IMG/VR virus record: IMGVR_UViG_3300017917_003016
Location: 32,001 to 96,000 of that record
DNA length: 64,000 nucleotides
Reading direction: 5' to 3' (one strand)
Source of the DNA: a virus
Taxonomy: Duplodnaviria > Caudoviricetes
In this document: piece after piece, positions 1 through 8,407 of the stretch
How positions within the stretch are numbered: position 1 is the first letter of the stretch
Layout of the letters: every line of letters starts with the position of its first letter
Position numbers and translations under genes: made by a program
The notes under the pieces: model-generated
The model's database searches: none
Seen by the model: the letters and a program-made list of their open reading frames with translations, nothing else
Told to the model about the DNA's origin: nothing

Positions 1-1
1 T

Positions 2-412
2 TTCATAGCCCATTATGAATCAGAACTTGATCAAGCCAAACGAGAAGTTGGCACATATGGCAACATTGAGAAGAATCTAGCAAACCTTCCGGGCATTACC
101 GAACATCGATTTAATCAACTGCAGGAAATTGAAGCAGTGCTGAATTATCTTAATATTCAACTGCGAAAGATTCGTAAGAAGCATTTTCAAAAATACCTTG
201 AGGCCTACCAACGAGCACTAACGTCGAGAGACGCTGAAAAATATGTTGACGGAGAAGATGAAGTCATTGATTTTGAAACTATTATCAATGAGGTTGCACT
301 TCTACGTAACAAATGGTTAGGTATCATGAAGGGATTAGAAAGCAAGAATTTTATGCTAGGGCATATCACACGTCTACGCACGGCTGGTATGGAGGATGCC
401 AGTATTGGTTGA
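2..412 (+). CDS. uvsY: UvsY-like recombination mediator (5' truncated)
   Basis: Frame is open from base 2. RALTSRDAEKYVDGE...NKWLGIMKGL...LRTAGMEDAS resembles T4-like UvsY. Confidence 0.72.
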   Translation, partial: FIAHYESELDQAKREVGTYGNIEKNLANLPGITEHRFNQLQEIEAVLNYLNIQLRKIRKKHFQKYLEAYQRALTSRDAEKYVDGEDEVIDFETIINEVALLRNKWLGIMKGLESKNFMLGHITRLRTAGMEDASIG

Positions 413-1316
413 GAGGCATAGTTTGTCTATTTTAAGCCTGTTGCAACAGTATGAGGTCTTTTTAGAAAGTCTCAAACATATCGCTGATATGGGTTGCGGC
501 AGCGGTGCCGATATAGATTGGTGGGCTACCTTAGAAAACAGCGAGAATCCCCCAGAACCTTATAATTTCAATTGCTTTGCTGTAGACCGCAGTTCGTCAA
601 AATTAGCACAGGTCCCAAATCGCAAAAATATACATAAAATAAACAATTCCTATGATGCAGAATTTTTATTTCCTGTTCCTATAGATTTTATTTGGGCACA
701 CGACTCTCTGCAGTACAGCACCGATCCGTTGCATACCCTGCGCAGATGGAATAGTTATATGAATACCAATGGTATGTTAGTTGTAACGGTTCCGCAGCAC
801 ACAGGAATTGAGTATGGCCGTCAATACAGCAGAGCATACAATGGTTGTATATATCATTATACTCCACTGATGTTAATCTATATGCTAGCAGTAAACGGAT
901 TTGATTGTAGGGATGCGTATCTGCTAAAACGCTGGCAAGACCCTTGGATTCAAATGGCAGTGTACAAATCAGACGTTCCGGCAATGGATCCAGCAACAAC
1001 TACATGGTTTGACCTAGCAGATAAAAATTTACTACATCCTAGTATTGTCAATAGTTTAAATTCCAATGGATTTATCAAGCAAGAAGAAATTTTAATGCCG
1101 TGGTTAGACAAAGAACTTTATTTTATAGACTACGTTAGTCAACGAATGGAAACTCCTCCGGCCACTGAAACCACTGGTGTTATAAATGACGATGTTACTC
1201 GATCTGACAGAATCAGTATTGAACAACCTAAAGAAGCAGTGCGAGCAACTGAAATATTAAAGCCGCGGCCATTGTTAAATAAACCACCAACACGTAAGAG
1301 TTATAAAAATGCCTGA
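396..1316 (+). CDS. Class I SAM-dependent methyltransferase-like protein
   Basis: IADMGCGSGAD motif I and DFIWAHDSLQY motif. Confidence 0.65.
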   Translation: MPVLVERHSLSILSLLQQYEVFLESLKHIADMGCGSGADIDWWATLENSENPPEPYNFNCFAVDRSSSKLAQVPNRKNIHKINNSYDAEFLFPVPIDFIWAHDSLQYSTDPLHTLRRWNSYMNTNGMLVVTVPQHTGIEYGRQYSRAYNGCIYHYTPLMLIYMLAVNGFDCRDAYLLKRWQDPWIQMAVYKSDVPAMDPATTTWFDLADKNLLHPSIVNSLNSNGFIKQEEILMPWLDKELYFIDYVSQRMETPPATETTGVINDDVTRSDRISIEQPKEAVRATEILKPRPLLNKPPTRKSYKNA

Positions 1317-1746
1317 GAAAATTGTTCTAGTAACCGGCGGTTTTGATCCTATTCATTTAGGGCATATTGAATATTTTACCGAGGCTAAACGTTTAGGGGA
1401 TAAACTAGTAGTAGGAGTCAATTCTGATTCTTGGCTAACACGCAAAAAAGGCAAGGCATTCATGCTTAGATATGATCGCATGCGCATAATTTCTAATTTG
1501 CGCATGGTTGACTATGTCTTAGAATTCAACGACGACGACGATACGGCTAATCATGCTATAAAACTAACCAAACAGACTTGGCCTACAGCAGAAATTATCT
1601 TTGCCAATGGGGGCGACAGAAACAAAGGTAATATTCCGGAAATGTCTATAGAAGGCGTTGAATTTGTATTTGGTGTTGGCGGGACTATCAAAAGATCCAG
1701 CAGCAGTAAGTTGTTAGATGAATGGTGCAGGAATTTCGATAAATAG
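1309..1746 (+). CDS. Cytidylyltransferase-family (HIGH) nucleotidyltransferase
   Basis: VTGGFDPIHLGH, LVVGVNSD and FANGGDR motifs. Confidence 0.82.
   Translation: MPEKIVLVTGGFDPIHLGHIEYFTEAKRLGDKLVVGVNSDSWLTRKKGKAFMLRYDRMRIISNLRMVDYVLEFNDDDDTANHAIKLTKQTWPTAEIIFANGGDRNKGNIPEMSIEGVEFVFGVGGTIKRSSSSKLLDEWCRNFDK
1739..1745 (+). promoter_or_regulatory. T4-like late promoter
   Basis: ATAAATA 8 nt before the ATG at 1753. Confidence 0.6.
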
Positions 1747-1752
1747 AGTATC

Positions 1753-3282
1753 ATGCGCGATCTAATAGAAATAGTTACTGAAAGTGTAGGGCTAGCCAAC
1801 AGAATTCCTGGCCAAAAATTTGTCAATCCTGAAACCAAAAAAACTATTACGTTCCAAAGTTTGATATTTTACCCAGAGTCTGGCAGATTTGAATCACCGG
1901 ACAAATTAAACGATGCTATTAATAGTTTATATCATGCTAGTGACATTCAGTGGTCTAATAAACCAACCAGTTTAACTGGTGGTTTTGGTATAGCACAATT
2001 TGGAGATGACGAAACAGGTGAGTACATTTATATCGGAAGATTTTTTAAGGAAATCAGCCCCAATCCTGTAGAAAACAATTTTCCAAACTCTGCTGTTCCT
2101 GGATTTAGATTTCAGGGTAAGTCAGCAGAAAAAGAGCGCACAGGTTATAAGCCCAGCGAAATTTTAACACAATTTGAAAACAATACTCCGCAGTCGATTC
2201 TACAGCAGGTTGTAGAAAAATTTGGCGCAGACAGTGCCATTGCACAGGCTACAAAGATATTTGTAGAATCAGATAGTCTGCCAGTGGTTATGCCTAAAGG
2301 TGATATCAATTTTGCCAGTTTTAGAGACTATTTTTGCGAATTGCTGCAACCGATTGCTTTGATCAAGGGAATGAATGTTGCAGGGAATGCCAAAGAAGCA
2401 GAACAGATATTTTTTGGCGATGCAGGCTTTGACACTAGTACGGTAAGTTTCAACACCGGAGCCATTGGTGGTTTGTCAGACAGTGTGTTAACAAATTCTG
2501 AAGGGCGTGAAATAAAACTCAGTAGTAAAGGCGCTAAGGGTGCTAAAGCCAGTGCAGTTAATTTATTAAACAGTGTTAAGGAACTAGAAGAAACTCCACG
2601 TGGAAAAGATCTAATAGAAAAGTATCAAAACGTCATTGGGATCTTAAACATAATCAAAGACCAAGGGCACTTTATGGCTCCTTTACAACTGGCTGCAATG
2701 TATGGAATTATTTCTAACGAAGACATTCCCTATGTTGAAACACTTAAGAAATATGGACCAAACGATAAAATCATAGGTTCAGGAGTTCTAACACCGACAC
2801 TGGAAAAATTGTATACTGAAAGAAAATCATCTAGCCCAGAACGAATCGTACCTAGAGAACATCTTACAGCAGCCATTGCCTATAAAGTGGCTGAGTATGT
2901 AAATGAGAATACAAACTTTGGTGAGGCTGCTTCTGAAATACTCAATAACGGTGCTTTGGTCCAGATGTACACAGATGCAGCAGAAAAGGGTGACACTATC
3001 ATTATTAAAGGTTTTAGAACAGTCTATCCTAGCACAGCAGTTACTGGTGTTGAACTAGATGCTAGCAAAACCTATTTTAGCACTGGTGGTAAAGGCAACT
3101 TTGTTTTTAATATTTTGTACAACGGCGCAACCAGCAAAGACATACAAGACCAAGAGGTACAGCAACAGGCCTCTGCTGCAAAACAAGATGAAATTGAGAA
3201 AAAAATTCAAGATATTGCACAAAGAAAACCAGTACTGAAACCTCGTGCTAAACGCGAAGACGAGCCAAGACAACTGCGATAA
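1753..3282 (+). CDS. Hypothetical protein (509 aa), possibly virion-internal
   Basis: Long ORF behind a late promoter; N-terminus MRDLIEIVTES. Confidence 0.5.
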   Translation: MRDLIEIVTESVGLANRIPGQKFVNPETKKTITFQSLIFYPESGRFESPDKLNDAINSLYHASDIQWSNKPTSLTGGFGIAQFGDDETGEYIYIGRFFKEISPNPVENNFPNSAVPGFRFQGKSAEKERTGYKPSEILTQFENNTPQSILQQVVEKFGADSAIAQATKIFVESDSLPVVMPKGDINFASFRDYFCELLQPIALIKGMNVAGNAKEAEQIFFGDAGFDTSTVSFNTGAIGGLSDSVLTNSEGREIKLSSKGAKGAKASAVNLLNSVKELEETPRGKDLIEKYQNVIGILNIIKDQGHFMAPLQLAAMYGIISNEDIPYVETLKKYGPNDKIIGSGVLTPTLEKLYTERKSSSPERIVPREHLTAAIAYKVAEYVNENTNFGEAASEILNNGALVQMYTDAAEKGDTIIIKGFRTVYPSTAVTGVELDASKTYFSTGGKGNFVFNILYNGATSKDIQDQEVQQQASAAKQDEIEKKIQDIAQRKPVLKPRAKREDEPRQLR

Positions 3283-3285
3283 TAG

Positions 3286-3315
3286 TTGACAAATCTATTT
3301 TAACCCCTATATTAT
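3286..3315 (+). promoter_or_regulatory. Sigma70-like promoter
   Basis: TTGACA-N18-TATTAT upstream of the AAGGAG RBS of 3338. Confidence 0.6.
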
Positions 3316-3337
3316 ATTAATCTCAAGGAGAATCCAT

Positions 3338-3586
3338 ATGACCATTCGAACATTGCGAACGTCGATTGAAAAAGTAGATCTTGATGCATGCATTAAAGAG
3401 TTTGGGGGTAGTAGATATAATTTAATTTTAGCATCCACAGTGCGCGCCAGAGAAATTGCATACCAAAGATTATTGGCTGCAAAAGGAGGCGGTAACATTG
3501 CTTACGAAAGCAAACCTGCAGTAGAAGCACTGTGTGAAATAGCCGCAGGCAAGATAGATAAAAGTTACTTAAAAAAGGTTAAATAG
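3338..3586 (+). CDS. rpoZ: RNA polymerase omega subunit-like protein
   Basis: SRYNLILASTVRAREI...SKPAVEALCEIAAGKI matches the RpoZ pattern (RF.LV..A..RARQL...KP...AL.EIA.G). Confidence 0.75.
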   Translation: MTIRTLRTSIEKVDLDACIKEFGGSRYNLILASTVRAREIAYQRLLAAKGGGNIAYESKPAVEALCEIAAGKIDKSYLKKVK

Positions 3587-3594
3587 GAGATAGT

Positions 3595-3771
3595 ATGGCA
3601 ACCGTTCACAATAAATTACCTAAAACTGTCAAAAGATTAATGGCTTTGATGCCCGATCAAAGCCGCGTTTCGGTGTTCAAACACATGATGATTGATGCAG
3701 AAAAAAGTTTTCAGGCTGCTCGAAATCGCAGAGCAACTGACATAGATTTAAACAAGACCGGAAACGATTAG
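3595..3771 (+). CDS. Small hypothetical protein (58 aa)
   Basis: Manually read ORF MATVHNKLPK...KTGND with an AGGAGA RBS. Confidence 0.65.
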   Translation: MATVHNKLPKTVKRLMALMPDQSRVSVFKHMMIDAEKSFQAARNRRATDIDLNKTGND

Positions 3772-3800
3772 CAATCTATTATCGACGTTGAGATGCGTCG

Positions 3801-3807
3801 ATAAATA
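3801..3807 (+). promoter_or_regulatory. T4-like late promoter
   Basis: ATAAATA 8 nt before the ATG at 3815. Confidence 0.6.
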
Positions 3808-3814
3808 GTTTTCT

Positions 3815-4852
3815 ATGTCTAAACATCTTAAATTTTTGCTAGTTTATGGCGCTATATTATTTGGCGCCATAAATTATACTAGCATGGAAATTCATCAAAT
3901 ATTTGCCTTGTTGGCAGCACCCGCCTTATGGGCAGTGTTTGAACTAGCAAAAATTACCAATGACGTTAAGGTAAAAATAGCCCAGGCTATAGCCTACAGT
4001 GTAGCCGCCGGCACACTAATTTGGTTTTGGGATCTAAAACTATTTTTAGTAGCCTTGTTTTTAGGTTGGATATTGTTTGGTCTGGGAGTTAGTATTTGCC
4101 TACATAAATGGGCTAGCCATAAAACATTTGTACCTAAAAATAGATTTTACAAATGGTTAATTTTATGGTTTGGAACCATTTGTACACTGGGAAGTACTGT
4201 AAGTTGGGCTGCCGGTCATCGCAAGCATCATCAATATACAGATAAAGAGGGTGATCCTCATAGACCGGCTGGAAATTTCTGGCACAAGGTCAAAGTATAC
4301 TTTTATTATTTTCCCACTTATCACATTAGTCCGATGATCATCAAAGATCTAACGTCAGATGTAGATCATAAGTGGTTTCATAAAAACTATTACATCATAA
4401 TCTACAGTTATGCACTATCTTTGTTAATGATAGGTCCAGAATATTTAGGTTATTTCTATGCATTACCAGTTTTATATGTTTTTACTGGAATTAGTTGGGT
4501 AACTGTCATTGCTCATATTCCCAGCACCGGACGTTTTGGTTATCGAAGTGATACCTATCGAATTTATAACAGCGATGATTATACCTATAATAGCCATGTG
4601 TGGCAATTTCTATTAATGGGGGAAGGATATCATAACACACACCATGCTTGTCCTTGGTTATGGAACAATGCTGTATTGCCAGGGGAATTTGATATTAGTG
4701 CTAAGATTATCAAATTGATTGGCAATCCTTATGATAAACCTCCTAGTCCCTTTGTTGATGTTCGCCGCGGAAAAAAATTGTGGGAAGAAATTGCCATGGT
4801 TAAAGCAAAGAATACAATTGATGACCGTCCGGAAAAACTGCGCGATACTTAA
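3815..4852 (+). CDS. Membrane fatty-acid (delta-9-type) desaturase
   Basis: Three His boxes (HKWASH, HRKHH, GYHNTHH), hydrophobic segments and a GEFD motif near the C-terminus. Confidence 0.9.
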   Translation: MSKHLKFLLVYGAILFGAINYTSMEIHQIFALLAAPALWAVFELAKITNDVKVKIAQAIAYSVAAGTLIWFWDLKLFLVALFLGWILFGLGVSICLHKWASHKTFVPKNRFYKWLILWFGTICTLGSTVSWAAGHRKHHQYTDKEGDPHRPAGNFWHKVKVYFYYFPTYHISPMIIKDLTSDVDHKWFHKNYYIIIYSYALSLLMIGPEYLGYFYALPVLYVFTGISWVTVIAHIPSTGRFGYRSDTYRIYNSDDYTYNSHVWQFLLMGEGYHNTHHACPWLWNNAVLPGEFDISAKIIKLIGNPYDKPPSPFVDVRRGKKLWEEIAMVKAKNTIDDRPEKLRDT

Positions 4853-5554
4853 ATGCAAATAAAACCTATTGCTCTCATTGGTTATAGATCTGGCTTAGAT
4901 TTGTTTATTGAAACAGCAGATGAACTTGGAATAGAAATAGCAGGAATATATGACAAATATTTTTATGGGAATACTAGTCATCTAGATAGCATTCCAGTCA
5001 TCGGTAACGAGGAAAATATTTCTGATCAAGAAAAAAATCTTTACAATTTTATTCTTTCTAGCGGTAATGCCGGCCATTACAATCCAAAAAATCCAGAACA
5101 CAGTGGAGATAATCTAAGACGCACTAGAATAAAACTCATGCGCGAGCAAAAGTTACCATTGACAAATTTGATAAGTAAACACGCATATATTAGCCCAAAA
5201 ACAAAACTAGGTAGCAGTATAGTAATTGCTCGCGACTGTTATGTTCGAGCCAAAACAACAATTAACGATTTTTGTTATCTAGATAGTGGATCAGCAGTGG
5301 CACACGATGTTATTTTAGGAGAAAATGTTATATTGGCTCCCTACAGTTTTGTGGGCGGGCACGTATGCATAGGTAATAATGTAATGATAGGCGCCGGCAG
5401 CATGGCTATAAACGGGTATCATGATAAATCTTTAGAAATTGGCAATGATGTCAAAATTATGGCTGGGAGCATGATTATGAGAGATGTGCCCAACGGAAAA
5501 TTTGTACATAATAGTGGTAGAATGATTCAACGATTAGATTACAAAAAGGATTAG
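4853..5554 (+). CDS. NeuD/PglD-family hexapeptide-repeat acetyltransferase
   Basis: N-terminal Rossmann-like region, LTNLISKHAYIS, and hexapeptide repeats (AHDVILGENVILAP...IGNNVMIGAG). Confidence 0.8.
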   Translation: MQIKPIALIGYRSGLDLFIETADELGIEIAGIYDKYFYGNTSHLDSIPVIGNEENISDQEKNLYNFILSSGNAGHYNPKNPEHSGDNLRRTRIKLMREQKLPLTNLISKHAYISPKTKLGSSIVIARDCYVRAKTTINDFCYLDSGSAVAHDVILGENVILAPYSFVGGHVCIGNNVMIGAGSMAINGYHDKSLEIGNDVKIMAGSMIMRDVPNGKFVHNSGRMIQRLDYKKD

Positions 5555-5560
5555 TTAATA

Positions 5561-6847
5561 ATGGACTATAAAATAGCAGATATAAATTTAGCCCCATGGG
5601 GACATCGAGAAATAGCCATTGCGGAAACAGAAATGCCGGGGCTAATGAGCGTCCTAGAAGAATATCGCGCCCAGCAACCTCTTAAGGGCGCACGTATAGC
5701 AGGCAGTCTGCACATGACCATACAGACCGCAGTATTGGTCAAGGTTCTAGTTGCATTGGGCGCAGAAGTTCGTTGGTCAAGTTGTAACATTTTTAGTACA
5801 CAAGACCATGCAGCAGCAGCCCTGGCAGATCTAGGTATACCTGTGTTTGCTTGGAAAGGTGAAACAGAAGAAGAATATTGGTGGTGTATAGAACAGACTA
5901 TACAAGGCCCCAACGGTTGGAAGCCCAACATGCTGCTAGATGATGGGCATGATCTTACTTGGTGGGTACATCAGAATCGTCCTGATTTATTAGACAATAT
6001 CATAGGAGTTACAGAAGAAACTACTACAGGTATACATAAGATACGTGAAGCACAGGCCCGCGGCGAGTTCCGCCTGCGTGCTATCAATGTCAACGATTCA
6101 GTAACAAAATCAAAGTTTGACAACCTTTATGGTTGCAGAGAAAGTCTAGTGGACGGCATCAAACGTGCAACAGATGTTATGATTGCTGGTAAGATTGCAG
6201 TGGTTGCAGGATTTGGTGATGTAGGCAAGGGCAGTGCTGCTGCGTTGCGAGCATTGAGTGCCCAGGTCTGGGTAACTGAAATAGATCCTATCTGCGCACT
6301 ACAAGCAGCCATGGAAGGATATCGTGTGGTCACCATGGATTGGGCTGCTGACAAAGCAGACATATTCGTTACTGCCACAGGCAACATCGATGTGATTACA
6401 CACGACCACATGGCAAAGATGAAGCATAACGCCATAGTGTGCAATATAGGCCACTTTGACAGTGAAATTGATATTACTAGCCTAGAAAAGTATGAGTGGG
6501 AAGAAATTAAACCACAGGTTGATCACGTGATATTCCCAGACGGTCGTCGTATTATTGTGCTAGCCAAAGGACGCCTGGTAAATCTAGGCTGTGCAACAGG
6601 GCACCCTAGTTACGTTATGAGTAACAGTTTCACTAATCAGGTCATAGCACAGATAGAACTGTATACCAACTATAAAAATTATGAGGTTGGTGAACTATAT
6701 CTGCTGCCCAAAAATTTAGACGAACTAGTGGCTAAATTACATCTAAAGAAAATTGGTGCAGAGTTAACTAATTTAACCTATGAACAGGCAGAATACATAG
6801 GAGTTGAGGTACATGGCCCATACAAGCCAGACACCTATCGTTATTAG
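5561..6847 (+). CDS. ahcY: S-adenosyl-L-homocysteine hydrolase
   Basis: [53 protein letters not shown] and [13 protein letters not shown] are all intact. Confidence 0.97.
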   Translation: MDYKIADINLAPWGHREIAIAETEMPGLMSVLEEYRAQQPLKGARIAGSLHMTIQTAVLVKVLVALGAEVRWSSCNIFSTQDHAAAALADLGIPVFAWKGETEEEYWWCIEQTIQGPNGWKPNMLLDDGHDLTWWVHQNRPDLLDNIIGVTEETTTGIHKIREAQARGEFRLRAINVNDSVTKSKFDNLYGCRESLVDGIKRATDVMIAGKIAVVAGFGDVGKGSAAALRALSAQVWVTEIDPICALQAAMEGYRVVTMDWAADKADIFVTATGNIDVITHDHMAKMKHNAIVCNIGHFDSEIDITSLEKYEWEEIKPQVDHVIFPDGRRIIVLAKGRLVNLGCATGHPSYVMSNSFTNQVIAQIELYTNYKNYEVGELYLLPKNLDELVAKLHLKKIGAELTNLTYEQAEYIGVEVHGPYKPDTYRY

Positions 6848-6872
6848 GAAATTTTACCAAATAAGTGAAAAA

Positions 6873-6889
6873 ATGTTGCAGAGCAGCAT
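6873..6889. promoter_or_regulatory. TGC-N3-GCA palindrome, PhaR-box-like
   Basis: ATGTTGC-AGA-GCAGCAT imperfect palindrome upstream of the phasin-like gene. Confidence 0.4.
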
Positions 6890-6905
6890 AATTTTTCATA
6901 TAATG

Positions 6906-6913
6906 TATAAATA
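6906..6913 (+). promoter_or_regulatory. T4 late promoter (perfect consensus)
   Basis: TATAAATA. Confidence 0.7.
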
Positions 6914-6985
6914 GATGTAGCAGTAAGGGGATGCTGCGGGTGCAGGTCTCACAAGTAAACTCGCTTATTTAAAAGGAGAACGCAA

Positions 6986-7177
6986 ATGTTTACAGTTGAT
7001 TATGCAGTTGAGCAAGGTGTTAAGAACGCCAAGACCGTTAGTGCTTTGATTACAAACAAGGAACTTCGTACTGAAGTTGACCGTTTCATTGATGCACAGG
7101 CCGAATATACTAAGACTCTAGTAGAATCAGTGACTAAGATCGGCAAGGCATTTTACGGTTCTGTAGCGACCAAGTAA
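6986..7177 (+). CDS. Small helical protein, phasin-like
   Basis: 63 aa with a strong AAGGAG RBS; amphipathic FIDAQAEYTKTLVES segment. Confidence 0.4.
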   Translation: MFTVDYAVEQGVKNAKTVSALITNKELRTEVDRFIDAQAEYTKTLVESVTKIGKAFYGSVATK

Positions 7178-7197
7178 TTGTATACTTGATCAATACC

Positions 7198-7225
7198 AAG
7201 CCCGCTATATGCGGGCTTTTATTTT
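7198..7225 (+). terminator. Rho-independent terminator
   Basis: AAGCCCGC-TATAT-GCGGGCTT followed by TTATTTT. Confidence 0.8.
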
Positions 7226-7232
7226 GATGTTT

Positions 7233-7250
7233 TTGTAATAATAGTGTAAT
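7233..7250 (+). promoter_or_regulatory. Pho-box-like direct repeat
   Basis: TTGTAAT-AATA-GTGTAAT with an 11-bp period; compare the PhoB consensus CTGTCAT-AWAW-CTGTMAY. Confidence 0.55.
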
Positions 7251-7301
7251 TGATTTTCAAGTAAATATAAAGTAAGTTATAAGATTATTGAAAGGGTGTC
7301 G

Positions 7302-7403
7302 ATGATTGAAATTTTCTTAGGAATTCTAGGAGAAGCATTGCAAGAAATAGGGGTATATCTTATGGTTCTTGTTGCTGCATCAATATGGAACATTTCAAAT
7401 TAA
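7302..7403 (+). CDS. Small membrane peptide (33 aa)
   Basis: Manually read MIEIFLGILGEALQEIGVYLMVLVAASIWNISN. Confidence 0.5.
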   Translation: MIEIFLGILGEALQEIGVYLMVLVAASIWNISN

Positions 7404-7427
7404 AAAACAAATTTGTATTTGATTACC

Positions 7428-7457
7428 CAAGGGGTACTGCTTCGGTAGTACCCCTTG
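7428..7457 (+). other. Stable cUUCGg hairpin
   Basis: CAAGGGGTACTGC-TTCG-GTAGTACCCCTTG: 13-bp stem with one G-U pair and no U tract. Confidence 0.75.
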
Positions 7458-7476
7458 TCACATTGTGAGATAAAAA

Positions 7477-8304
7477 ATGGAGCAGAACAAAACATATAAA
7501 ACAATCTGTATATCAGATGTTCACTTGGGCAGCAAAGATTCACAGGCTTCGTTGCTGAATAATTTTCTCAAGAACAACAGTTGCAGCCATCTCTTTTTAG
7601 TAGGGGACATAATCGACGGTTGGAAAATACAACAAAACAAGTGGCGCTGGAAACAGAGCCACTCAAATGTAGTGCGCCGCGTTTTGGGAATGGCTAAACA
7701 CGGTACTAAAGTTACTTACATTACAGGCAACCATGACGAATTTTTAAGACCTTTTGTTACCAATGCATTTTTAATGGGTAATATTACAGTGGTTAATCAG
7801 GCAGAATATCGCGACACTGACGGCAATCTTTATCTGTTAACACATGGCGATATGTTTGATGGAATTACTCGAGCAGCCAAATGGTTAAATCTTCTCGGTG
7901 ACAAAGCCTATGATTTTGTATTGTGGATTAATACACATTTCAATTGGTGGAGGCATAGATTTGGTTTTGGCTATTGGAGCCTAAGTAAATTTCTCAAGCA
8001 CAGAGTAAAACGTGCGGTAAATTTCATTTTTGAATTTGAATCAGTACTAGTCAACTATTGTCGTAAAAGAGGATTTGATGGGGTTATCTGTGGGCACATA
8101 CACACTCCAGAAATAAAAACTATCGATGGGATAAACTACATGAACTGCGGCGATTGGGTAGAAAGTTGTTCTGCCTTGGTAGAACACTGGGATGGCCGTT
8201 GGGAAATAGTCTATTGGACAAAGGAGCAAGAAGATGTGGTTATTGCTTTTAACAGCAGTGCACGTGAACAATCCAAACGACATACCAGCAAAAATGTGGC
8301 TTGA
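7477..8304 (+). CDS. plcP: PlcP-like phospholipase C (LpxH-like metallophosphoesterase)
   Basis: ISDVHLG, VGDIIDGW, GNHDEFLR, HGDMFD, LGDKAYD, YWSLS, ICGHIH and NCGDWVESC motifs; adjacent GT4 gene. Confidence 0.85.
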   Translation: MEQNKTYKTICISDVHLGSKDSQASLLNNFLKNNSCSHLFLVGDIIDGWKIQQNKWRWKQSHSNVVRRVLGMAKHGTKVTYITGNHDEFLRPFVTNAFLMGNITVVNQAEYRDTDGNLYLLTHGDMFDGITRAAKWLNLLGDKAYDFVLWINTHFNWWRHRFGFGYWSLSKFLKHRVKRAVNFIFEFESVLVNYCRKRGFDGVICGHIHTPEIKTIDGINYMNCGDWVESCSALVEHWDGRWEIVYWTKEQEDVVIAFNSSAREQSKRHTSKNVA

Positions 8305-8407
8305 ATTTGAGTCACAAGAATCATGCGAACGTGCTCTTGGCACTATGACTTTTTGGGTTAAATTTCCAGCATTTAAGGTAACAGGAACATGCACAAAAAA
8401 ATCTTAA
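8234..8407 (+). CDS. Small hypothetical protein (57 aa)
   Basis: Manually read MWLLLLTAVHVNNPNDIPAK...GTCTKKS with an AAGGAG RBS; overlaps both neighbours. Confidence 0.55.
   Translation: MWLLLLTAVHVNNPNDIPAKMWLEFESQESCERALGTMTFWVKFPAFKVTGTCTKKS

Noticed and set aside
5520-5561. SAH or SAM riboswitch before ahcY
   Set aside because: Only 6 nt separate ahcY from the upstream stop, leaving no room and no recognisable structure.
7455-7472. Second Pho box directly before plcP (TTGTCAC)
   Set aside because: Only one half-site is present, with no partner at an 11-bp period.
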